Of a stretch of DNA of 8,071 nt, positions 1 to 5,541 are shown one piece after another (positions within the stretch are counted from its first letter, which is position 1; every line of letters begins with the position of its first letter). Source of the DNA: a virus (taxonomy: Duplodnaviria > Heunggongvirae > Uroviricota > Caudoviricetes). The stretch is taken from the IMG/VR virus record IMGVR_UViG_2778261570_000006; one strand, written 5' to 3'. The translations under genes and the position numbers were made by a program. The notes below the pieces were generated by a model. It did not search any database and had not been told where the DNA came from. It worked only from the letters and a program-made list of their open reading frames with translations.

Positions 1-1360
1 GAATCGCTGATCGGACTTCGATGCCAATCCGTGATCGAATAGAGCGGAATACGCACTGCGTGTCCTGATGATGTTCAGTTGCGTCCGGTTCCATTGTTTC
101 AGCCTCTCCCTGTTCATCTGCCGTTGTTTCAGATGGTTGCGGTTTTTCTTCATCATCCTGTTTTCCTTCTTCTGTTACACGCTGCGGCATCGGGGCAGAG
201 GAGCGACCGCAGGCAATATCCACGATTTCCGGATCAGGGTTGGCATGATCGGTTTCAGTCAGTACTTTGTTCAGATATTCAGTGACGTGTGCGGGGATGA
301 CCTCGATCCCAATTGGTGCTTCTTTCACGGACGCAACCACGATGGCGCGGGAATAATCCAGCCCGCCAGGCATGGTGATGAATTTGTCGCGGAAAACAGA
401 AAAGGGTGGTTTATTTTCAGCGATAATTTCCTCAATGCGTTTAGCGTGTGCCGGATGAAGGTTATAGATGTCCACGTCCATTGAACGGGCCAGTACGCCA
501 GTGGCTACATCGCGCGCCAGTGACGTCAGATCGTGGACGAAACCTTCGCCGCGATCGGTGAGGTTCCCGCCGCCAGCATTAGCACCGGAAGCCGTGCGAG
601 TGATGCGTGAAACACGATTCCCTTTTCGCCATTCTTTTGTCAGAAGACCGCGATCAATGTGTTCGGTATCCAGCCAGGCTGAAATGAAATTCTTAAATTC
701 ATAGGGCTGATGTTTTTTCGTGATAGAGAACACTGCCTTAATTGCATCAGTCAGGCGGAGCAGGGCGGCATTATCCAGAGTTGTCGGTTCTGCCATGCTG
801 CGTATGGCCAACAGCAGATTCTGGACATAGCTGTTTTCCTGATCCATCTCAAGAGCAGTAATGTGTTTGCGTTGTTCACGGGTGGCATGATGCAGGTATT
901 TTCGATCCCCGGCTGCATACGTAAAAATGTGCAGAAGACGCTGTGTGAACCGCAAAGTGGCTACAGAGACTTCGCAATCCTGGCAATCCTCGTGGGCGTC
1001 TGCCTGCGCGTTTTCTTCCTGGCCTCCCGTCGGTTCTTCGGTTTCCGGTGCATCCTCCTGATGGTGAACGTCGTCTGGCGCTGCTCCCGGTTTTAGTTCC
1101 CAGGTCATGGAGTCTTTGCTGAGTTGATAGCGTTCACTCCAGGTAAAATCGATCTCACCTTCAGGGGGAAGGTCATTAACGACAGGAAAATTTGTGGCAA
1201 CAGTTTTAAAATAGTTGCTCAGTTTTTTACCTGACTTAACGATCAGGTAGTCCAGAGTGGCACAGGTTGATTCAAAATCGTCGCTTGCCCACAGGACGAC
1301 GTCAGGTTCACCGGATGATTTTTTCGCTTTCCGTAAAAGGAAGAGTGGTTTTGTGCTCAT
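1..1360 (-). CDS. recE: RecE-like exodeoxyribonuclease VIII, N-terminal ~453 codons; partial, 3' end lies beyond the window start
   Basis: Hand translation of the minus strand gives a stop-free frame from ATG 1360..1358 to position 1 (absent from the supplied ORF track because it has no in-window stop). GAGG sits about 10 nt upstream. The N-terminus [26 protein letters not shown] and the block [35 protein letters not shown] match my recollection of Rac RecE; not verified by alignment. Confidence 0.7.
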   Translation of the reverse strand, partial: MSTKPLFLLRKAKKSSGEPDVVLWASDDFESTCATLDYLIVKSGKKLSNYFKTVATNFPVVNDLPPEGEIDFTWSERYQLSKDSMTWELKPGAAPDDVHHQEDAPETEEPTGGQEENAQADAHEDCQDCEVSVATLRFTQRLLHIFTYAAGDRKYLHHATREQRKHITALEMDQENSYVQNLLLAIRSMAEPTTLDNAALLRLTDAIKAVFSITKKHQPYEFKNFISAWLDTEHIDRGLLTKEWRKGNRVSRITRTASGANAGGGNLTDRGEGFVHDLTSLARDVATGVLARSMDVDIYNLHPAHAKRIEEIIAENKPPFSVFRDKFITMPGGLDYSRAIVVASVKEAPIGIEVIPAHVTEYLNKVLTETDHANPDPEIVDIACGRSSAPMPQRVTEEGKQDDEEKPQPSETTADEQGEAETMEPDATEHHQDTQCVFRSIRSRIGIEVRSAI

Positions 1361-1430
1361 TGTTTTTTAACCTCATCTCAGATTAAAATTACTGCAAGTG
1401 ATGAATAAATGTCCCAGGTTCTTCACTCAG

Positions 1431-1460
1431 GCCTGCACGTTGTGCAGGCTTTCTTTTTTC
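1431..1460 (+). terminator. Intrinsic-terminator-like hairpin oriented for plus-strand transcripts
   Basis: GCCTGCAC (1431-1438) pairs with GTGCAGGC (1442-1449), followed on the plus strand by TTTCTTTTTTC (1450-1460). In the minus direction the hairpin is followed by CTGAGTGAAG, so it is not a leftward terminator. Confidence 0.45.
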
Positions 1461-1487
1461 AGATTTCACCTTTTAATTTCATTGCAA

Positions 1488-1733
1488 TCAGAGTTGCCAG
1501 AAATCCGGCTTTTTTTCTGCGGGCAGATTCTTTCCGATGTGAACCAGGCACATTTTTGTGACACCTTCATCAAGTGTTTTTACGTTGCCTGATGGACCGT
1601 CGATATCAACCACAGTGAATGGGGTTTCTTTATTTTCTGTTTTAATCACGTAGCCAATACGCTTTCCTTCCAGATTAACCTCGTGAACAATGTCATCGGT
1701 CGTTACAACAGTGGATTCATAACTGGTAATCAT
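1488..1733 (-). CDS. Small hypothetical protein (81 aa) in the racC position of Rac-like prophages
   Basis: Track ORF 1488..1781; the start is moved to ATG 1733..1731 because AAGGAG (complement of 1740-1745) lies 6 nt upstream. Translation MITSYESTVVTTDDIVHEV... Assigned by position only, not by recognised sequence. Confidence 0.6.
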   Translation of the reverse strand: MITSYESTVVTTDDIVHEVNLEGKRIGYVIKTENKETPFTVVDIDGPSGNVKTLDEGVTKMCLVHIGKNLPAEKKPDFWQL

Positions 1734-1807
1734 GTTTTTCTCCTTAATTAAGGTTGAGCGAATCCCTGCCATTGCTGGCATAAATTCAGTTTCGAATAGT
1801 CAGTTAA

Positions 1808-1978
1808 TTAAAGTTCGTGTGCCATCTGGTCTTTTTCGGCACAACTTTCACTACAATATTTTTTCATTTCCGTCGTTGGGATAACTCCACGCATGAAATG
1901 AAGTGGTCTTTTAATGGTTTTGCTTTCTTCAACGTCTTTATTGCAAAGGTGGTAAGCACATTTTATTTTCTTAGTCAT
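1808..1978 (-). CDS. ydaE: YdaE-like small cysteine-rich (probable zinc-binding) protein, 56 aa
   Basis: ORF below the track's size cut-off, found by hand: [60 protein letters not shown] lies 8 nt upstream. Its ATG overlaps the upstream stop in a TAATG junction. Length and Cys pattern fit my recollection of Rac YdaE, and it sits between the kilR-like and racC-position genes. Confidence 0.55.
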   Translation of the reverse strand: MTKKIKCAYHLCNKDVEESKTIKRPLHFMRGVIPTTEMKKYCSESCAEKDQMAHEL

Positions 1979-2199
1979 TACCATGACTCCGCCTTTACAG
2001 GTAAACCATCACGACCGAGGAAGACTTTAATCATGCAGTCAGTAATGCATGTTTTTGTGGTCAGGCTACGGATATAAAGTTTTCGCTTTTTAATATTGTT
2101 TGCCGAGGCAATATATGTCCGGCCTTCATGAAGAACATAATCGCCAGGAGTCACACACTGACGTGGTATTTCATCAGTTCCGAAGTGATGTGCAATCAT
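1978..2199 (-). CDS. kilR: KilR-like cell-division inhibitor (killing protein), 73 aa
   Basis: Track ORF 1978..2211; the start is moved to the second ATG (2199..2197), which has GGAG 6 nt upstream (GGAGATAATTATG). Translation [35 protein letters not shown]... The 73-aa length and position match my recollection of Rac KilR. Confidence 0.6.
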   Translation of the reverse strand: MIAHHFGTDEIPRQCVTPGDYVLHEGRTYIASANNIKKRKLYIRSLTTKTCITDCMIKVFLGRDGLPVKAESW

Positions 2200-2385
2200 A
2201 ATTATCTCCATTTTTACAAATGAACTTTGTTGATGCGGTGCCTGGTGCCTCCAGGTGACGTTAACCAGTTAACAATTAACGCCGGATACAGAGAACCCAC
2301 CCATAAGAACCAATACGGAAGTCAACTGGCCTTTTTAACTGTTCCGCGTGCGCTGAGCCGCATTCACCGCATCACAAAATTCACT

Positions 2386-2428
2386 TTAAAAAGGGCGGAC
2401 ATCAGCCAGCAATGAAACTGATGCCGCC
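2386..2428 (-). terminator. Intrinsic terminator oriented leftward, upstream of the kilR-like gene
   Basis: Minus strand reads GGCGGCATCAG - 12-nt loop - CTGATGTCCGCC (about 11 bp with one bulge), then CTTTTTAAAGTGAATTTTG. On the plus strand the stem is followed by AAAAAGG, so it is unidirectional. Confidence 0.5.
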
Positions 2429-2652
2429 AAAAAGGTAATCAACATGGGTTGTTGCAGCGGGGTTGTCACTCAGGCGTATGGTCAACCTGACAACCCGGTG
2501 TTATCTCGAGGAAAGGATAGCCTCGCCATACTTACCACCGCGCCATTTCGCGGATTGCCACAACCGGAAGCGCACGGTCGAAGAAATTTAACGACAAGCC
2601 TTCTAAGGGAAAAACACCTCCTCCGTGCGCCTTCGTGTTGTGTGCCTGTCTT

Positions 2653-2680
2653 TTTACCACTTCAGGCTCGGTGGTATACT
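2653..2680 (+). promoter_or_regulatory. Sigma70-type promoter with extended -10 driving the zinc-ribbon gene
   Basis: -35 TTTACC (2653-2658), 16-bp spacer, TG at 2672-2673, -10 TATACT (2675-2680). Predicted start near 2687, then SD AAGGA (2701-2705) and ATG 2713. Confidence 0.5.
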
Positions 2681-2712
2681 GGAGTTCTCACACAACCAGT
2701 AAGGAATTTAGT

Positions 2713-2991
2713 ATGGTAATTACTTCACTCTGCCCTGTTTGTTTGGCTACATCTTCTGTGCAGACTTTAGTTGAAGGACAGCGCGAATTTTTGAAAATTT
2801 ATCATTGTCCAAATCATGGTAGTTTTGCCGTTCTTCCTGATCTGGACGTGAAATTGCAAGCAATGAGGTGTTCGTCGGGTTATAAGATTGAGCATTCGGA
2901 AGAGGCTATCAGGCTCGATGCACGCTTACGTGAAAGCATACGCCCAGTAGATGGTCCTCAGTCGAAAATTCCAGTATTCCGCTCTGTCTAG
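2713..2991 (+). CDS. Small zinc-ribbon-like protein (92 aa), unknown function; rightward gene in the sieB position
   Basis: In frame with track ORF 2635..2991; start set at ATG 2713 with SD AAGGA 7 nt upstream. Translation MVITSLCPVCLATSSVQTLVEGQREFLKIYHCPNHG... has a CxxC ... HCPxH arrangement. Family not recognised. Confidence 0.6.
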   Translation: MVITSLCPVCLATSSVQTLVEGQREFLKIYHCPNHGSFAVLPDLDVKLQAMRCSSGYKIEHSEEAIRLDARLRESIRPVDGPQSKIPVFRSV

Positions 2992-3000
2992 TTTTCCCCG

Positions 3001-3022
3001 ACTGGCACCCTGTGGTGCCGGT
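3001..3022. other. Hairpin between convergent genes; possible bidirectional 3'-end structure without a U-tract
   Basis: ACTGGCACC (3001-3009) / CTGT loop / GGTGCCGGT (3014-3022), 9 bp including one G-U pair. It lies between the stop at 2989-2991 and the minus-strand stop at 3022-3024. No T-run on either side. Confidence 0.3.
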
Positions 3023-3321
3023 TACATCTCCTCGATCATCGCATTTGCTACGGCCCGCAGATCTTCCAGTGCACTTTCAACTTTTGGATCTTTTGCGGTC
3101 TCACTGACTTTTTTCATGGCATCAGCCATTCTTTTAATCAGATCATTTGGAGTCTCTTTCGGGTTAGCAGACACCCTGCTGGCCAGCTCCAGTGCAAGAC
3201 GTGCATCTTTTGGTGTAATGCCTTTATCTTTTGCCATCTCTGCTGCCAGCTCAGAAAGCTCGGATGCAAGAGTGAGAACGCTTCTTCCCGTTTTTGACGG
3301 ATATATATCGTGTGTGAACAT
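3022..3321 (-). CDS. Hypothetical acidic, Lys/Glu/Ala-rich helical protein (99 aa); first gene of the leftward early operon
   Basis: Track ORF; ATG 3321..3319 with SD GGAGAGGA ending 5 nt upstream. The antisense ORF 2951..3340 is Ser/Ala/Leu-rich and looks like shadow sequence. No arginine-rich N-terminus, so it is not N-like by sequence. Confidence 0.65.
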   Translation of the reverse strand: MFTHDIYPSKTGRSVLTLASELSELAAEMAKDKGITPKDARLALELASRVSANPKETPNDLIKRMADAMKKVSETAKDPKVESALEDLRAVANAMIEEM

Positions 3322-3389
3322 TGTTTTCCTCTCCCCTTAACGCCGGGTGGCGGAACTAAAACCTACAGCGCCGTGCTGCTTCTGTAATA

Positions 3390-3418
3390 ATATTAGTTAT
3401 GTTCATATTGATGATCAA
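3390..3418 (-). promoter_or_regulatory. pL-like leftward early promoter with overlapping palindromic operator-like site
   Basis: On the minus strand: -35 TTGATC (3418..3413), 17-bp spacer, -10 TAATAT (3395..3390). The 13-bp palindrome ATTGATGATCAAT (3407-3419) overlaps the -35. TTGATAAAAA recurs at 3436-3445 and 3479-3488. Confidence 0.45.
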
Positions 3419-3511
3419 TAGAAATATGCATTTTGTTGATAAAAATGTACTATCCTAATGAAATTTTTAGTGTTTTTTTTGATAAAAAGTAAGGCGGGGC
3501 GGGCGGAGGGG

Positions 3512-3539
3512 ACAAAAAAACCGCCAAAAATGGCGGTTT
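3512..3539 (-). terminator. Intrinsic terminator of the repressor gene
   Basis: Stem CCGCCA (3521-3526) / TGGCGG (3531-3536), extendable with A-T pairs, loop AAAA. On the minus strand it is followed by TTTTTTT (complement of 3514-3520), starting 20 nt after the repressor stop at 3559-3561. Confidence 0.6.
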
Positions 3540-3558
3540 AGTTACGAGGTGGTGGGAG

Positions 3559-4023
3559 CTATTTCTTCATGCGTTTTTGAGCTGCCAGCATATTTTCAAA
3601 TGCTTCTTTGTAGAGTTCATTCTGACCTTTAAGTCTTTCGATTAGTTTTGCTTTTTCTGATTCGGGAAGGATATCAAAAAGATCTAGTAAATCAGCTTGT
3701 TGCTTGTTAACCATCCGCCAACCTTCGCCTTCGAAACTTTCGTCATAAGTTCCTGAGGAACGGACGTAATTCATCAGATCAGCTAAATCAGGCCTCAACT
3801 CTTCAGGCTTAACTCTTAGTAATACAGCGAATTTTAATGCCGCATCAGTATTAAGTGGAGCCTTTCCGTTGAGATAATGGCTAACCGCAGATTGCGCCTC
3901 AAAACCCATTAGCTCGGCAGCAAGCTCCTGAGTCAGTTTGAGCTCTCTTTTTTTTGCATCCCAGATTGCGCGCAGACGTTGCGTAGCTTCCGGCGATGCG
4001 ATTTCTTCGCGTTTTCTTCTCAT
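3559..4023 (-). CDS. racR: XRE-family HTH prophage repressor (RacR/DicA-like), 154 aa
   Basis: Track ORF. The segment LTQELAAELMGFEAQSAVSHYLNGK looks like an HTH. The C-terminal LPESEKAKL...LAAQKRMKK resembles my recollection of the DicA tail. It is divergent from the Cro-like gene and has its own terminator. The racR symbol is given by synteny; orthology is unverified. Confidence 0.6.
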   Translation of the reverse strand: MRRKREEIASPEATQRLRAIWDAKKRELKLTQELAAELMGFEAQSAVSHYLNGKAPLNTDAALKFAVLLRVKPEELRPDLADLMNYVRSSGTYDESFEGEGWRMVNKQQADLLDLFDILPESEKAKLIERLKGQNELYKEAFENMLAAQKRMKK

Positions 4024-4070
4024 ACCATCATCTTATGAATACAGTTCATAATCTCAAACTGATATAGGTA

Positions 4071-4099
4071 TTGATCATTTAAATTAGTATGGTTAATAT
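4071..4099 (+). promoter_or_regulatory. pR-like rightward early promoter
   Basis: -35 TTGATC (4071-4076), 17-bp spacer, -10 TAATAT (4094-4099): the same hexamers and spacing as the leftward promoter. Upstream inverted repeat TTATGAA-N5-TTCATAA at 4033-4051. Confidence 0.45.
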
Positions 4100-4127
4100 T
4101 TTGGTGAGCATTACTGAGGTGACACTT

Positions 4128-4403
4128 ATGACATTAGATGAATATTTGAAAAAAAATCGTGTACGACAGTCTTGTTTGGCCGCGCTGGCTGGTTGTTCGC
4201 AATCAATGATTAGCCTCGCTGCTACTGGACGTAGTCAGTTAAGCCCTGAAAAGGTATTGCGTATCGCAGAGGCTACGAATTTCGAGGTTACACCTCATGA
4301 ACTCCGGCCTGATATCTACCCGAATCCGACCGATGGTTTACCTGTTGGATGTAAGGCTAACACACAAAATACACAGGAGTTGATTCATGAAAATCAGGCA
4401 TGA
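4128..4403 (+). CDS. ydaS: Cro/YdaS-like HTH regulator, 91 aa
   Basis: In frame with track ORF 4089..4403. Start set at ATG 4128 because GAGG (4116-4119) lies 5 nt upstream and the track's ATG 4089 falls inside the predicted promoter. Translation MTLDEYLKKNRVRQSCLAALAGCSQSMISLAATG... The ELRPDI motif fits my recollection of the YdaS family. Confidence 0.6.
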   Translation: MTLDEYLKKNRVRQSCLAALAGCSQSMISLAATGRSQLSPEKVLRIAEATNFEVTPHELRPDIYPNPTDGLPVGCKANTQNTQELIHENQA

Positions 4404-4809
4404 GCACATTGAGTCAGTGCTGTTAGCCCTGGCCGCTGAAAAAGGGCAGGCATGGGTAGCCAGTGCAATTACTGAAGAATATCTGCGCCAGGGAGGCGGC
4501 GAATTGCCCCTGGTACCAGGCAAGGACTGGAACAATCAGCAGAATATCTATCATCGTTGGTTGAAAGGTGAAACGAATGCGCAAAGGGAAAAAATTCAGA
4601 AACTGATCCCAGCAATTCTGGCAATCCTTCCGCGCGAGCTGCGTCACCGACTCTGCATCTTCGATACCCTGGAACGCCGTGCATTACTGGCGGCGCAGGA
4701 AGCGTTGAGTACGGCAATTGATGCGCATGATGATGCAGTCCAGGCCGTTTACCGGAAAGCACATTTCAGCGGTGGTGGAGCGTCCGACGATTCTGTTGTA
4801 GTGCATTGA
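4387..4809 (+). CDS. ydaT: YdaT-like protein (cII-position regulator/toxin family), 140 aa
   Basis: Track ORF; SD AGGAG (4375-4379) 7 nt upstream; overlaps the preceding gene by 17 nt. Translation MKIRHEHIESVLLALAAEKGQAWVASAITEEYLRQGGG... matches my recollection of Rac YdaT; not alignment-verified. Confidence 0.65.
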   Translation: MKIRHEHIESVLLALAAEKGQAWVASAITEEYLRQGGGELPLVPGKDWNNQQNIYHRWLKGETNAQREKIQKLIPAILAILPRELRHRLCIFDTLERRALLAAQEALSTAIDAHDDAVQAVYRKAHFSGGGASDDSVVVH

Positions 4810-4828
4810 TTGAATAGGGTATCCAATA

Positions 4829-5242
4829 ATGAAAATCAAACCGTACATAAATGCCGGAAATCTTACTCCCGGCGAACTACGAGACTGGATCCTGAAACTT
4901 GCAAAAAATGCAGAAATTGCGGGTTGGGGTACAGAAACTTCGGTTCGGAAGCTTCAGAGCGCAGAACTTAGCCTGCGCTCAGTTATGGACGATTTATCCC
5001 CAAGAATTAATTTTCTGGGGTCAGAGCAAATAATTCGTTCGGAAGGTCACTCCAGCGAAGTTGCGGAAGTTCTGAATACTCTGAGGATAACGTTTGCTGC
5101 CGTTCGCGATATTCAACGAACCATTCTCTCATTGATTTCTCAGCTTCAAGAAATTGATAGTCGCATTCCTGGCGGGGGTCATAGAGAGCGTCTTCCAGAA
5201 TGTGAAGAGCAAGGACAGGGGAAACAGATAAGGGATCAGTAA
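4829..5242 (+). CDS. Hypothetical protein (137 aa), candidate; its 3' part overlaps a convergent ORF
   Basis: Track ORF starting 19 nt after the ydaT-like stop, with a weak SD (AGGGT, 8-nt spacer). Hand-counted first-codon-position composition over about 60 codons is G/A-rich and T-poor, which is coding-like. Rare AT-rich codons. No recognisable family. Confidence 0.45.
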   Translation: MKIKPYINAGNLTPGELRDWILKLAKNAEIAGWGTETSVRKLQSAELSLRSVMDDLSPRINFLGSEQIIRSEGHSSEVAEVLNTLRITFAAVRDIQRTILSLISQLQEIDSRIPGGGHRERLPECEEQGQGKQIRDQ

Positions 5243-5462
5243 TACGTTTTTCACTTGCCTGGTATAGCAATCTCGCCAGCGAATCATAGCTACTGGGGCT
5301 CAGGAGAGAATCCCGTGAGTGATTTGTAAGAATCAGGTGGAAGCGGGTGAGAACTATAGCCCTGCATGTTACCAGGTTAACCATGTCGTGGTCGTGCTGG
5401 TTAATTTTGTACACAGTGCGCATGTGATTTTTAATTTTTTGGCAAACAGCCATTAAAGACAT
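5007..5462 (-). CDS. Hypothetical protein (151 aa), candidate; convergent with and overlapping the 137-aa ORF by 236 nt
   Basis: Track ORF. A perfect SD AAGGAGGT (complement of 5468-5475) lies 5 nt upstream of ATG 5462..5460, and a perfect -10 TATAAT (complement of 5502-5507) lies upstream of that. No recognisable family. Confidence 0.5.
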   Translation of the reverse strand: MSLMAVCQKIKNHMRTVYKINQHDHDMVNLVTCRAIVLTRFHLILTNHSRDSLLSPSSYDSLARLLYQASEKRITDPLSVSPVLALHILEDALYDPRQECDYQFLEAEKSMREWFVEYRERQQTLSSEYSELPQLRWSDLPNELFALTPEN

Positions 5463-5501
5463 GTCGAACCTCCTTTGGTTCTGTTGATTGGGGAATCACA
5501 G

Positions 5502-5530
5502 ATTATATCCGGAGGAAGGTTCGACACCAG
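5502..5530 (-). promoter_or_regulatory. Candidate promoter for the 151-aa minus-strand ORF
   Basis: Consensus -10 TATAAT on the minus strand, 39 nt upstream of the ATG. The -35 region (CTGGTG) is a poor match. It shares the intergenic space with the RBS of the plus-strand initiator gene. Confidence 0.3.
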
Positions 5531-5541
5531 ATGAGGCAATT

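Noticed and set aside
68-1096. Plus-strand track ORFs 68..484, 79..285, 468..704 and 710..1096
   Set aside because: All are antisense to the continuous RecE-like minus-strand frame that spans 1..1360. They have no RBS and their translations are Cys/Phe/Arg-rich, typical of shadow ORFs.
1398-1592. Plus ORF 1398..1592 (64 aa)
   Set aside because: It reads straight through the plus-oriented terminator hairpin and U-tract and into the antisense of the racC-position gene. No SD; Cys/Phe-rich translation.
1817-2077. Plus ORF 1817..2077 (86 aa)
   Set aside because: Antisense to the YdaE-like and KilR-like genes, which have SDs and a coupled TAATG junction. No RBS of its own.
2209-2211. First ATG of track ORF 1978..2211 as the kilR-like start
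   Set aside because: No SD precedes it (TTTGTAAAA). The ATG 12 nt downstream (2199) has GGAG at optimal spacing and gives the expected 73 aa.
2227-2719. Plus ORFs 2227..2415 and 2444..2719
   Set aside because: No RBS, implausible Arg/Cys/Pro-rich translations, and the second overlaps the promoter and RBS of the zinc-ribbon gene. Treated as non-coding.
3022-3321. Calling the 99-aa protein an N-type antiterminator because of its position after the leftward promoter
   Set aside because: It has no arginine-rich N-terminal motif and is net acidic. Position alone does not support the call, so it is left as hypothetical.
2951-3340. Plus ORF 2951..3340 (129 aa)
   Set aside because: Antisense to the 99-aa minus gene, which has a strong SD. 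The translation is Ser/Ala/Leu-rich, typical of the opposite strand of a Lys/Glu/Ala-rich gene.
4089-4127. Track start ATG 4089 for the Cro-like gene
   Set aside because: It lies within the predicted promoter spacer and -10, so it would be upstream of the transcript start. ATG 4128 has GAGG 5 nt upstream.
4338-4762. Minus ORFs 4338..4535, 4423..4647 and 4469..4762
   Set aside because: Antisense shadows of the YdaS-like and YdaT-like genes; no RBS and low-complexity translations.
5463-5530. GGTTCGAC motifs near 5463 and 5520 as possible tRNA T-arm fragments
   Set aside because: No flanking acceptor or anticodon-stem complementarity and no CCA context. They are part of ordinary intergenic or RBS sequence.
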